Positions 9,594 to 18,674 of a stretch of DNA of 64,000 nucleotides are shown here, one piece after another. Numbering within the stretch: position 1 is the first letter of the stretch; each line of letters begins with the position of its first letter. The stretch lies in NCBI GenBank assembly GCA_050261175.1, contig JBLNDA010000100.1, forward strand, positions 1,858-65,857. The letters run 5' to 3'. The notes below the pieces were generated by a model. The model ran no database searches, had not been told where the DNA came from, and was given only the letters and a program-made list of their open reading frames with translations. This DNA comes from Clostridia bacterium. GTDB taxonomy: Bacteria; Bacillota; SHA-98; UBA4971. A program made the position numbers and the translations under genes.

Positions 9594-11009
9594 TCACGCA
9601 GTGCCCGCGGTGCTGGCGCACGATGAGGCCTCATCCGCGAACTCGAGTCTGGCCGGGATGCGGTCGCGCGCCGCTACATCCCGGTATGCCTCCCTCGCAA
9701 CTACGACGTCCGCCATGCCGGCCTTCACGAAGACGACAGCAGGCTTGGGATACCTGTTGTAGTTGCTGGACATGGAGTAGTTGTACGCACCCGTGCTCAG
9801 AACGGCCAGGAGGTCGCCTGGTTGAAGGCGCGGGAGGAAAACGTCCCATATGAGCATGTCTCCTGATTCGCAGTGCCTGCCCGCAATCGAGACTCTCTCT
9901 TCGGGAAGTGAGAGCACCTTCGTCACCACGACCGCCTCGTAGGACGCGCGATACAGCGCCACCCTGGGGTTGTCCGCGAGCCCGCCGTCCACGGCCGCAT
10001 ACTTGCGGACACCAGGGATCTCTTTGACGGCGCCGACCGTGTAAAGCGTCGTGCCGGCCTCGCCCACGATGTAGCGCCCAGGCTCCACCATCAGACGAGG
10101 CAGCTCCAACCCGTGCGCGAGGCACTTCTCCCGAACGATCTTGGAGATCATCGAGGCGTACTTGCCCAGCGGAACCCTCTCGTCTCCAGACGTGTATCTC
10201 ACCCCGAGCCCGCCCCCGAGGTTCACCTCTCGGACCGCGTAGCCTGTCGCCTTCTTCACTTCCGACGCGAAGTCCATGATGATCGCAGCCGCCATCCCGA
10301 AAGGCTCCACAGCCATTATCTGCGAACCGATGTGGCAATGCAGGCCTTCGAGGACGAGGGACTCGCTCGCGAGCACCCTATTCACCGCCGCCATGGCCTG
10401 CCCGCTCGCGATCCCGAGGCCGAACTTCGAGTCGAGCTGCCCCGTGCGTATGTAGTCGTGAGTGTGCGCATCGATGCCGGGGGTGAGGCGAATCTGAAGG
10501 TGCACCCTCCTCCTGAACCTGCGCGCCACGTCCTCGAGGATGTCCAGCTCGTGCAAGTTGTCCACTACGAACCTCAGGACTCCCGCACGGACGCCCATCT
10601 CCACCTCGTCAAGGGATTTGTTGTTCCCGTGAAACAGGATGCGCTCAGGGGGAAACCCCGCCTGGAGCGCGGTGTACAGCTCGCCGCCGGACGCCACGTC
10701 GAGCCCCAGGCCTTCCTGGTGGATGAGCCTGCACATGGCCAGAGTGGAAAATGCCTTGCTCGCGTACGCCACGAACGTACTCGGATACGCGCGGGAGAGC
10801 ACCCCCGCCATCTCGCGGCACCTCGCCCGGATCTCGTCTTCGTCCATGACGTACAGCGGGGTGCCGAAATCCCTTGCCAGTCGGTCGCAGGCGCACCCGC
10901 CGATCTCCAGTCTTCCGTCGTCGGTGATCCTCATCGTCCCACGTAAGTCCACTCGTTCTCCGCTCCCGTTCACGCGCAGGTTGGGTCGATGGGCCATGGT
11001 TTTCTTCAT
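9594..11009 (-). CDS. lysA: diaminopimelate decarboxylase
   Basis: FGTPLYVMDEDEI, the PLP region ASKAF, CESGD near the C-terminus, and YNYSMSSNYN. Start chosen at ATG 11007-11009 but is uncertain. Same position relative to spoVA as in B. subtilis. Confidence 0.9.
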   Translation of the reverse strand: MKKTMAHRPNLRVNGSGERVDLRGTMRITDDGRLEIGGCACDRLARDFGTPLYVMDEDEIRARCREMAGVLSRAYPSTFVAYASKAFSTLAMCRLIHQEGLGLDVASGGELYTALQAGFPPERILFHGNNKSLDEVEMGVRAGVLRFVVDNLHELDILEDVARRFRRRVHLQIRLTPGIDAHTHDYIRTGQLDSKFGLGIASGQAMAAVNRVLASESLVLEGLHCHIGSQIMAVEPFGMAAAIIMDFASEVKKATGYAVREVNLGGGLGVRYTSGDERVPLGKYASMISKIVREKCLAHGLELPRLMVEPGRYIVGEAGTTLYTVGAVKEIPGVRKYAAVDGGLADNPRVALYRASYEAVVVTKVLSLPEERVSIAGRHCESGDMLIWDVFLPRLQPGDLLAVLSTGAYNYSMSSNYNRYPKPAVVFVKAGMADVVVAREAYRDVAARDRIPARLEFADEASSCASTAGTA

Positions 11010-11323
11010 AATAGCACGCAGGCTGGGACGGGTCAAGAAAACGCCCGGCGCGCCGGGGACATGTCAGAACCGCGGTCACGCCCTCCTCCCATCGATGCAA
11101 GCTTATTCCTCGGGTGCGCGTGGTGTGCCGGCCCGGCCGGGCCCTGAGCCGAGGCCGCCTCCGATGAAAGCGCTGGTCCCTCCCGGCCTCTGGGAGCGGC
11201 CAGCGGCACTACAAAAGGGGAGCTCACCGCCGGCAACCGCGAACTCCGGAGAGCGGAAGATGCACACGGTGGACGGCCCCGCACTCTGACGCCGCCGGTG
11301 CGCCGGGGCTCTCGCGCCGTCGC

Positions 11324-12283
11324 TCAGAAAGAGTCCCAGCGCCCGCAGCGAGAGCCCCATCTCGCGATGACTTCATGTCCCATCTTAATGTTCACCACCT
11401 CGCACAGGTTGGGGCACCCCTTGCACTCGAAGCTGGAGGCGGAGTAGTCCATGTCGAGAGCCTGGAAGCCGCGGAAGTGCGAGGGCTCGTTCCGGCGCTC
11501 CATCTCCTCCAAGGCTAGAAGAGCAGCCCCGATGGCTCCCATGACGTTGTAGTGTTCGGGGACGGCCACGGCGGTGCCGAGAGCCTTCTCGAAAGCCGCC
11601 CTCATCCCGGCGTTCGCCGCTACCCCACCCTGGAACACGACAGGTGGCCGGATGTCCTTGCCTTTGCCCACGTTGCTGAGGTAATTCCGAACCAAGGCTT
11701 CGCACAGTCCTGCCACGATGTCTTCGATCCGGTGGCCCATCTGCTGCTTGTGGATCATGTCGGACTCCGCGAACACCGCGCACCTTCCCGCGATCCTGAC
11801 AGGTGTCTTGGACATGAGGGCAAGCTCTCCGAACCTCTCGATGGGCACCCCCAGCCTCGCGGCTTGCTGGTCGAGGAAGGAGCCTGTGCCCGCGGCGCAG
11901 ACCGTGTTCATGGCGAAGTCGAGCACTATGCCTTCGCGCAAGATTATGATCTTGGAGTCTTGGCCGCCGATCTCGATGACGGTCCGCACGTCTGGAACGA
12001 ACCGCGCGGAGGCGACCGCATGCGCCGTGATCTCGTTCTTCACGCAATCAGCCCCGAGGATCACCGCTGCAAGCCTTCTCCCGCTTCCCGTGGTCCCTAC
12101 TCCCGCGATCTCCACGCCCGGGACCGCCTGGGCCAGCATCCTCATCCCTTTCTGGATGACCGCGATGGGCTCTCCCCTGGTCCGAAGGTATAGTTTCTCA
12201 AGCACTTCGCCTTGCTCGCTCAGGAGCACCAGGTTCGTGCTGACCGACCCGACGTCCACTCCTAGGTACGCTTTCCGTGCCAT
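11324..12283 (-). CDS. BcrAD/BadFG-family ATPase (2-hydroxyacyl-CoA dehydratase activase-like, 'archerase')
   Basis: ASKHA-fold motifs YLGVDVGSVSTNLVLL, EIGGQDSK and VCAAGTGSFLD. Has an extra C-terminal Cys pair, CKGCPNLCEV. Start moved to ATG 12281-12283, with GGGGGTGA SD upstream and 8 nt after the upstream stop. Confidence 0.8.
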   Translation of the reverse strand: MARKAYLGVDVGSVSTNLVLLSEQGEVLEKLYLRTRGEPIAVIQKGMRMLAQAVPGVEIAGVGTTGSGRRLAAVILGADCVKNEITAHAVASARFVPDVRTVIEIGGQDSKIIILREGIVLDFAMNTVCAAGTGSFLDQQAARLGVPIERFGELALMSKTPVRIAGRCAVFAESDMIHKQQMGHRIEDIVAGLCEALVRNYLSNVGKGKDIRPPVVFQGGVAANAGMRAAFEKALGTAVAVPEHYNVMGAIGAALLALEEMERRNEPSHFRGFQALDMDYSASSFECKGCPNLCEVVNIKMGHEVIARWGSRCGRWDSF

Positions 12284-12291
12284 GAGCGCGC

Positions 12292-13401
12292 TCACCCCCT
12301 GGCACCCGTCGCAGCACGACGCCGGCGTGATCTCTCGACGAGATCCACGAAAGCCTCGAGGCGTGTGAGCACCCCTGCGTCTGAGGAATGCTCGTCGAAT
12401 ATGAGCGTCATCACTGGAATGCCCATGTCGCGAGAGACAGACGGGAGCACGTCCTGCGCCACGATCTCCGGCATGCACGTGAACGGCGCGAGCTGGATGA
12501 CCCCGTCGAACCTTCGCTTGGCATACTCCACAGTGTGCCCGACCGTCTCGATTCCGTGTCCCCCGACGAAGTGACAGAGGTACGGCTTCGCGAGGTCATA
12601 TGGTCGCCTGCCCTTGCGCAGCCGGAGCAGGTCCTTGCAGACATGCTCTCTGACCCAGTCCCCTATGTATATGGACCTCTCCACGAGGACCCCCATTTCT
12701 CCCAGGCGGCGCTCGACGTCGAAGTTGACGAACGGCTCAAGGACGACATACACCTCGCCGACGATGCCTATCCTCGGAGCGGTGTGAGCGCCGCCTTCCG
12801 GTGCCTGCGCACCGAGGAGCGCCTCCCGTCCGTCCCGGAGAGCCCGTCTCACCCCGAGGATACTCGAAGCCTCATCAACCAGCCTCAGCGCACGCGCGAG
12901 CGCGGCGGTCGCCGCACCCCGCCGGCTCTCGCACGGGCGCACGCGCTGCGCCAGCTTCTCGAGATCGTCCACAGCCGTCATCTTGGCCCAGGCAAGCCTC
13001 ACCGCGCCCACATACTTGCCCACTGAGTTCCGCCCCACAAGCCGCCCGATCTGCTGAAGGAGGTGTCGCAACCTTCCCTGGGGGGGATCTATGATGACCA
13101 TCTCGAATTCGTAGCCAAGGGCCCTCAGAATCTCCCTCTGCACCTCGCCGTACAGGCCGAACCGGCACGGCCCCACGCCCCCCGCCATGGCGATGGTGTC
13201 GGCCCCGAGCTCCATGGCCTCTATGTAGTTCCCGATGTTCACCTTGAGGGGCAGGCACGCGAACTCGGGCGAGTGGCGCGAGCCTATGGAGAGAGTGCGC
13301 TTGCTCGGCATGGGCGGCACCACTACCTCCACCCCAAGGTCCTCGAGCAGCGCCTTCACGGTTATGTACAAGTTGCCCATGTGCGCAAATGTGATCTTCA
13401 T
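12292..13401 (-). CDS. DUF2229-type 'CoA enzyme activase-associated' protein, paralog B
   Basis: HSPEFACLPLKVNIGNYIEAMELGADTI...GVGPCRFGLYG matches the uncharacterised domain normally fused to BcrAD/BadFG activases. C-terminal motif is DEHSSDAGVLTRLEAFVDLV. Confidence 0.7.
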   Translation of the reverse strand: MKITFAHMGNLYITVKALLEDLGVEVVVPPMPSKRTLSIGSRHSPEFACLPLKVNIGNYIEAMELGADTIAMAGGVGPCRFGLYGEVQREILRALGYEFEMVIIDPPQGRLRHLLQQIGRLVGRNSVGKYVGAVRLAWAKMTAVDDLEKLAQRVRPCESRRGAATAALARALRLVDEASSILGVRRALRDGREALLGAQAPEGGAHTAPRIGIVGEVYVVLEPFVNFDVERRLGEMGVLVERSIYIGDWVREHVCKDLLRLRKGRRPYDLAKPYLCHFVGGHGIETVGHTVEYAKRRFDGVIQLAPFTCMPEIVAQDVLPSVSRDMGIPVMTLIFDEHSSDAGVLTRLEAFVDLVERSRRRRAATGARG

Positions 13402-13405
13402 GGCA

Positions 13406-14440
13406 TCACGGCTTTCTCCTGCGCTTCACCACGTCGACGAACGCCTCGAGCCTCGTGAGGACTCCCGCCTCGCCAGTGTGCTCGTCGACGGTGATGGTCG
13501 CGAACGGCACAGCCCTGCGCCGCGCGGCTTCCCGCTCCAGGATCTCGCCGATGAGCGACTCCGGCCCGCACGCGAACGCCCTCATGTGGAGGCACCCTTG
13601 GACCGTCCCCGATCTCAGGAAATGAAACCCCGCTCCAAGGAGCCTCCTGCCGAGCGTCCAGAACACTCTCCTGGGAAACTTCGCAGCCTCACGCTCGGTC
13701 GTGGCTGCGGGAAGCATGTCCGACGTCAGGACGGTCGCCCCCATCTCCCGGAGCCTGCGTATTACGTTCATGCTCACGAAGGGGTCGTAGATGACGTACG
13801 GGTGTCCCACAAGCCCGATCACCACGCCCCCCGGCCCGCCGCGGACGCTCCGCGCCGCTCCAGGCGGCGACGACGTGGTGGCCATATCCCCGCGGGCGGG
13901 CTCGTCGCGCGGGGGCATCATGTCCATGACGGCCAGCGCTTCGTCAGGGGTCATGCCGCCCTCGACATACCGGGTGTACGTCGCAAGGGCAGCCCTTGCC
14001 CTGTTGTGCGCGGCGACGATCCTGAGCGCGTTCCGTGTGAACACCCGGCCCGTCGAGTACACGGCACGAATGTACTCCCTGGTGCTCCTGCTCAGGTTGA
14101 TACATGAGTCGATGACGCTGGGGATGCCGGGGCAATTGCACCGGATCATGTCGGGCAGGCCCATGAACTTCGGGCAGATGAAGGCCCGTCTCTCCACTGA
14201 CACGAGCCTGGGGACGAAGACATAGTCACACTTCCCGGCGAGAGCGAGCACGTGCCCATGGAATACTTTGATGGGGAGGCACGCCTCGTCCACCGTGACC
14301 CTCGTGCCGGCATCCAGCACCGCTCTAGTGGTCTCGCCGGAGGTCACGACCGCCCCGCCCAGGGACTCGAAGAATACCTTCCACATGGGATAGTAGTGGT
14401 AATAAAGAAGGGCACGGGGGATCCCCACGACCTCTCCCAC
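13406..14440 (-). CDS. DUF2229-type 'CoA enzyme activase-associated' protein, paralog A
   Basis: IGIPRALLYYHYYPMWKVFFESLG...VDEACLPIKVFHGHV belongs to the acyl-CoA dehydratase activase-related family. C-terminal motif DEHTGEAGVLTRLEAFVDVV is shared with paralog B. GTG start with AGGTG upstream. Confidence 0.7.
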   Translation of the reverse strand: MGEVVGIPRALLYYHYYPMWKVFFESLGGAVVTSGETTRAVLDAGTRVTVDEACLPIKVFHGHVLALAGKCDYVFVPRLVSVERRAFICPKFMGLPDMIRCNCPGIPSVIDSCINLSRSTREYIRAVYSTGRVFTRNALRIVAAHNRARAALATYTRYVEGGMTPDEALAVMDMMPPRDEPARGDMATTSSPPGAARSVRGGPGGVVIGLVGHPYVIYDPFVSMNVIRRLREMGATVLTSDMLPAATTEREAAKFPRRVFWTLGRRLLGAGFHFLRSGTVQGCLHMRAFACGPESLIGEILEREAARRRAVPFATITVDEHTGEAGVLTRLEAFVDVVKRRRKP

Positions 14441-14522
14441 GGCGACATGACACCTGCCTTCGTCAAGGTTCTCTCATTTGACAGATCCCCGGGGGTTTCC
14501 TCTACAGACCAGAAGGACCTGG

Positions 14523-15086
14523 TCACATCCCCTGGTGCTCGAGGATCTCGCGGATCGCCCTTGTCGTGATCAGGGCTCCCTTCTCCACGGCATCCTGGCT
14601 ATCCATCTTGCCAAGGTCGCCTATCCCGACGATCTTCGGGATCTTGAGGCGGGAGAGGATCCCGACGGTGTCCCCTTCCAGCCGCCTGTGGCCGGGAGGT
14701 TCAGGGGCGCCGGACTTTCCCACCGGCCTTGCGGTCACCTCTCCCTCTTTCGTGACCGATTCGTCCACCGTCACCGGCTTGTCACTCTTTGTGTTGGACG
14801 CCACCGCGACCGCGCCCACTATCTCGATGTCCGCGTCGTGCGCAAAGTCCTCGAGGGCTCTTTCACCCGGGCCCTTGCCCTTCTTTCCGTGGTCGTCGAA
14901 CATGACTATCACGGGCTCCACCGGAACCTGTTTCACCATGGCCGCAAGCTCCGCGCCGCCCGCGTGAGTGGGGGTCCCGGCGGATCTCTCGATACAATGC
15001 AGGCCGAGGTTCCGGGCGGCCTCTCTCACAGCGGCCTTCGCCCTACCGTCTCCGTCAGTCACCACGATGACCTTTTTCCTCGCCAA
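14523..15086 (-). CDS. spoVAEA: stage V sporulation protein AE, soluble subunit (SpoVAEa)
   Basis: From memory, aligns along its length with B. subtilis SpoVAEA: KVIVVTDGD...VMFDDHGKKGKGPGERAL...GAVAVAS...IVGIGDLGKMDS. Confidence 0.85.
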   Translation of the reverse strand: MARKKVIVVTDGDGRAKAAVREAARNLGLHCIERSAGTPTHAGGAELAAMVKQVPVEPVIVMFDDHGKKGKGPGERALEDFAHDADIEIVGAVAVASNTKSDKPVTVDESVTKEGEVTARPVGKSGAPEPPGHRRLEGDTVGILSRLKIPKIVGIGDLGKMDSQDAVEKGALITTRAIREILEHQGM

Positions 15087-15101
15087 CCCGCCATCACATC
15101 C

Positions 15102-15452
15102 TCACGATTTCGGATTGGTGATGAGCGCGACCAACGTCCCGAAGAATACAGCCACGGCTATGCCCATCCCCGTGTACTCGAATACGCCCGTGAAAAGCCC
15201 GATGAGCCCTGTCCTCTTCGCTTCCGCGAGCGCCCCCCTGGCGATGGACGCGCCGAAGCCCGAGACCGGAGTGAGGGCGCCGGCTCCCGCGAACTTGACC
15301 AGGGGCTGGTAGAGGTCGAGGCCCCCTGCGATCGCCCCGGCGACGGTCAAGATGACCAGCATGTGACCGGGGGTGAGATTCGTGAAATCAAGGATGAGCT
15401 GGCCTATGGCGCATATGGCGCCTCCCACGAGAAACGCGTACAGGTAGGTCAC
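15102..15452 (-). CDS. spoVAEB: stage V sporulation protein AE, membrane subunit (SpoVAEb)
   Basis: 116-aa polytopic protein, YLYAFLVGGAICAIGQLILD...GFGASIARGA. Sits between spoVAD and spoVAEA as in Bacillus. Confidence 0.85.
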   Translation of the reverse strand: MTYLYAFLVGGAICAIGQLILDFTNLTPGHMLVILTVAGAIAGGLDLYQPLVKFAGAGALTPVSGFGASIARGALAEAKRTGLIGLFTGVFEYTGMGIAVAVFFGTLVALITNPKS

Positions 15453-15503
15453 GGCTTCGCCTCCGTTCTTGAATCTTGCATGCCGCGGCGTGCCTCGCTC
15501 GCC

Positions 15504-16514
15504 TCACGCCTCGATCACGACAGCGTGCGCGATGCAGGGGATGGACTCGCCCTGCTGGCAACTGAGAGGGCTCATGAGCGCCCCTGTCGCGATGAGAAGC
15601 ACGTTCCTGTACGTGCCCTTCTCCATCTCTCTCAGGACATGGCCGAACGTCACCACCGCGGAACACGCGCACCCGCTGCCCCCAGCCCCCACGTTCTGGG
15701 TCTTCGTGTCGAACAGCATGAGGCCGCAGTCCCTGTAGTTGCCACCCAGCTCGACGCCGTTGTCCTTCACCAGCTCCTTGAGCATCTCGCTCCCAAATGA
15801 CGCGAGATCGCCGGTGAGTATGAGATCGTAATCCCCGGGGCTGCGGCCGGTGTCGGCCAGGTGCGTCAAGAGCGTGTCCGCTGCGGCGGGCGCCATCGCG
15901 CCGCCCATGTTGTGCACGTCCTTCAGCCCGAGGTCCACCACCTTGCCGACGGTGGCCCCGGTCACCTTCTGTCCGGTGCCGGAGGAAGCCAGTAGTGCCG
16001 CTCCCGCGCCCGTGACGGTGTACTGTGACGTGGTCTTGCGTTGGATGTTCAGCTCCACGGGGTACCTGTACTGACGCTCAGCCGTCTGGTAATGGCTGGA
16101 GCACGCAACCAGAACGTAGTCTGCGAATCCGCCGTCTATCACCATTCCCGCGAGCGCGAGGCTCATGGCGCACGTGGAACAGGCGCCGTAGAGGCCGAAG
16201 TACGGGATGGAGAGCTGTCTTGCGGAATAGCCCGCCGAGATTATCTGGTTCAGGAGGTCGCCCGCCATGTAGAAGTCTACCATGCTCTTGTCGATCTTCG
16301 CTCGTTCGATGGCGATCTTCGCGGCTTGCTCCAGGATCTTCGTCTCACTCTTCTCCGGGGTCTTCTCGCCGTACGCGTGGTCCGGCAAGACCACGTCGAA
16401 ATCCGAGGCCAGCGGCCCCTTGCCCTCCACCGGCCCCACGACCGTGCCGGTGCCCACGATGACAGGAGGGTTAGTGAATTGGACGGTGCTCTTCCCGAGC
16501 TTCTTCGCCGCCAC
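15504..16514 (-). CDS. spoVAD: stage V sporulation protein AD
   Basis: 336 aa, thiolase-like. YGACSTCAMSLALA and GGSGCACSAVV match SpoVAD. Confidence 0.9.
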   Translation of the reverse strand: MAAKKLGKSTVQFTNPPVIVGTGTVVGPVEGKGPLASDFDVVLPDHAYGEKTPEKSETKILEQAAKIAIERAKIDKSMVDFYMAGDLLNQIISAGYSARQLSIPYFGLYGACSTCAMSLALAGMVIDGGFADYVLVACSSHYQTAERQYRYPVELNIQRKTTSQYTVTGAGAALLASSGTGQKVTGATVGKVVDLGLKDVHNMGGAMAPAAADTLLTHLADTGRSPGDYDLILTGDLASFGSEMLKELVKDNGVELGGNYRDCGLMLFDTKTQNVGAGGSGCACSAVVTFGHVLREMEKGTYRNVLLIATGALMSPLSCQQGESIPCIAHAVVIEA

Positions 16515-16533
16515 GGTTCAGCGTCTCCCTTCC

Positions 16534-16995
16534 TTACGACGCGGCCACGAACTTGATGAACGCGACCGCGACTCCGGCGAGGGTGGCGTAAACGATGACA
16601 GGGCCGGCTATGATGAACATCTTCGCGCCCATGCCTAGAACCCATCCCTCGCGTTTGAAGTCCATGGCCGCGGCGACTATTGTGTTGGCAAACCCGGTGA
16701 TGGGCACCGCAGCTCCCGCGCCGGCGAACTCGCCGAGTTCATCGTAGATGCCGAGCCCCGTTGCGACAACGCCCACGAGTATCATAGTCGCGAGCGTAGG
16801 CGCGGACGCCGAATCGAGGTCAAGGCCCCGGGACATGAAGAAGCTCAAGATCACCTGCCCGAGGACGGCTATGGCGCCACCCACCACGAAGGCAACCAGC
16901 AAGTTGCGCAGGTAGCGCGGCTTTGGCTTTCTCCTCTGGACAAGCTCCTTGTAGGCGAGCTGCCGCCTCTTGTCCTCCTGAGAGGTTTGGGTCAT
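16534..16995 (-). CDS. spoVAC: stage V sporulation protein AC
   Basis: The track ORF (250 aa) is over-extended. The SpoVAC-like part begins at ATG 16993-16995 (MTQTSQEDKRR...FVVGGAIAVLGQ...PITGFANTIV), giving 153 aa. Confidence 0.85.
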   Translation of the reverse strand: MTQTSQEDKRRQLAYKELVQRRKPKPRYLRNLLVAFVVGGAIAVLGQVILSFFMSRGLDLDSASAPTLATMILVGVVATGLGIYDELGEFAGAGAAVPITGFANTIVAAAMDFKREGWVLGMGAKMFIIAGPVIVYATLAGVAVAFIKFVAAS

Positions 16996-17069
16996 ATGGG
17001 GCAGGTTCGCCACCTGCTTCTTAGCTTTCTGGGATGCCACCGCACATCTCTCCCCCGGCGGGCTCGCCG

Positions 17070-17276
17070 TCAAGTGCCGTCCACTGCGAAGGCCACGTGA
17101 ACGTCGGCCTTGTACTTGACGATCTTGCCGTTGTCCACCGACGCGGTCATGTTTGTGACCTCGACCCCGGTGATGTTCCTGATGGTCTGAGACGCGGCCC
17201 GAACGGCTTGGTTCACCGCATCCTCCCAGCTCGTTGAGGACTCGCCCATGAGCTCCACTATCTTGACCACGGACAC
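17070..17276 (-). CDS. dodecin-family (flavin-binding-type) small protein
   Basis: 68 aa. VVKIVELMGESSTSWEDAVNQAVRAASQTIRNITGVEV...GKIVKYKADVHVAF matches the dodecin consensus. GTG start. Confidence 0.75.
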   Translation of the reverse strand: MSVVKIVELMGESSTSWEDAVNQAVRAASQTIRNITGVEVTNMTASVDNGKIVKYKADVHVAFAVDGT

Positions 17277-17302
17277 TGCAGTTCACCCCCTTTCTCCCGA
17301 TT

Positions 17303-17332
17303 AATTATGCTCACAGCTTCAGGCTTTAATTC
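17303..17332 (-). promoter_or_regulatory. forespore sigma-F/sigma-G-type promoter candidate for dodecin-spoVA
   Basis: Minus strand reads GAATT-18 nt-CATAATT, close to the sigma-G consensus GHATR-17/18-CATxHTA. It lies ~27 nt upstream of the dodecin start and downstream of the sigF terminator hairpin. Confidence 0.45.
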
Positions 17333-17388
17333 CCTAGTCCCAGGTTGCGCCGCGCCGGAACACCGCGGCAGCCGCCAACATGAAGGAA

Positions 17389-17422
17389 GCCCCGCCCTGT
17401 GTGAGGTGTCACAGTGCGGGGC
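17389..17422 (-). terminator. imperfect GC-rich hairpin downstream of sigF (probable spoIIA operon terminator)
   Basis: GCCCCGCACUGUGA-CACC-UCACACAGGGCGGGGC on the minus strand, 50 nt after the sigF stop. Followed by a U-containing tract, CUUCCUUCAUGUU. Confidence 0.45.
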
Positions 17423-17472
17423 GTTCCGTCGTCTTCCATTCCTCTTGGCGCCCGGTCGTCTTCCGCCCGCGC

Positions 17473-18234
17473 TCAGACCAACTCCTGCCTGAGGCGGCGA
17501 AGGGCTTTCTGCTCGATCTTGGAGACTTGCGGCTGGGATATGCCCAGCGCCCTCGCGACTTCCACTTGCGTCATCTCGCGGAAGAACCGTAACTTCAGCA
17601 CCGCGCGCTCCGATGCGCTCAGCCGCGTCATGGCTTGTTGGAGCGCGATGGATTCAACGCTCTGGTCTGCGAAGGACTCGCCCACCGAAAGCTGCTCCTC
17701 GAGCGGGCCCGGGCTGTCGCCGGAGGCAGGCTCTGAGAGCGACGCGACAGGCTGAAACGCCTCCTGGGTCTCCACGACCTCCTCGCGCGACAGACCTGTC
17801 TCGGAGGCCACTTCTTCCACAGTCGGTTCGCGACCACAAGCAGCCCGGAGGCGCGCCCTGGCCGTCTCGACCTTGACCGCCCGCTCCCGCAGCGTCCTCC
17901 CGACTTTTATCGCTCCCGCGTTCCGAAGGTGCCGCCTGATCTCCCCCATGATGACGGGGACCGCGTACGTGGAGAAGCGGGCTCCGATGGAAGCGTCGAA
18001 CCCGTCTGCGGCGCGCAAGAGGCCCACGCACCCAACCTGGAACAGGTCCTCGGGATCGCCCGACCTCTGCAAGAAGCGGCTGACTATGCTCATCACAAGG
18101 CGTAGGTTCCTCGAGACCAGCTCCTCGCGGGCTTTGACGTCTCCGGCGCGGATGCGCGCAGCGAGCTCGCGAACCTCCTCGTCGGAGAGAAGGGGTGTGT
18201 GAGGGAACCGCATGCGCTCAAGACCGTCGTTCAT
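17473..18234 (-). CDS. sigF: sporulation sigma factor F
   Basis: 253 aa sigma-70 family protein. Region 2 reads DLFQVGCVGLLRAADGFD and region 4 reads MTQVEVARALGISQPQVSKIEQKAL. Third gene of the spoIIAA-AB-sigF order. Confidence 0.9.
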   Translation of the reverse strand: MNDGLERMRFPHTPLLSDEEVRELAARIRAGDVKAREELVSRNLRLVMSIVSRFLQRSGDPEDLFQVGCVGLLRAADGFDASIGARFSTYAVPVIMGEIRRHLRNAGAIKVGRTLRERAVKVETARARLRAACGREPTVEEVASETGLSREEVVETQEAFQPVASLSEPASGDSPGPLEEQLSVGESFADQSVESIALQQAMTRLSASERAVLKLRFFREMTQVEVARALGISQPQVSKIEQKALRRLRQELV

Positions 18235-18670
18235 TCTCCTCGCTCCCTGCCATGCGTGGGGCCTTTGTCATGGTGACCCGCACCCCGGCCCCAGGCCTGG
18301 ACGAGACGTCGAGGCTGTCGGACAGAGCTTCCATGATCGTGAAACCCATCCCCATGCGGTCGGGGGATGTGGTGAACGCCGGCCGGAGGGCTTGCTCGAC
18401 ATCGGCGATGCCGCGGCCCGTATCCTCGACGGTTATGGTGAGGACGTTGCCTTCGATGACGGCCCGAACGCGCACAAGCCCGCCAGGGCTGTCATACCCG
18501 TGGAGTACTACGTTGGACACGGCCTCGGAGACTATGAGCTTTATATCGTCTATCTCCTCCATTGTGAAAGAGGCGATCTGCGACGCGAAGCAAGCCACCG
18601 CCACCCTGGCAAACTCCACGTTCTGGGCGGTTGCCGGAAATTCAAGGGTCACATGGTTGGTCGCGCTCAT
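18218..18670 (-). CDS. spoIIAB: anti-sigma F factor (serine kinase)
   Basis: 150 aa. GHKL N-box EAVSNVVLHGY and G-box DTGRGI...GMGFTIM. Overlaps the sigF start. Confidence 0.9.
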   Translation of the reverse strand: MSATNHVTLEFPATAQNVEFARVAVACFASQIASFTMEEIDDIKLIVSEAVSNVVLHGYDSPGGLVRVRAVIEGNVLTITVEDTGRGIADVEQALRPAFTTSPDRMGMGFTIMEALSDSLDVSSRPGAGVRVTMTKAPRMAGSEENERRS

Positions 18671-18674
18671 CCCG

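Noticed and set aside
11010-11323. Lysine (L-box) riboswitch in the 314-nt region upstream of lysA.
   Set aside because: I could find only weak resemblances (CAGAGGCC, UUCUGACA). I could not place the conserved L-box helices or the GAGUA and CCGAAG elements. An Infernal scan is needed before any claim.
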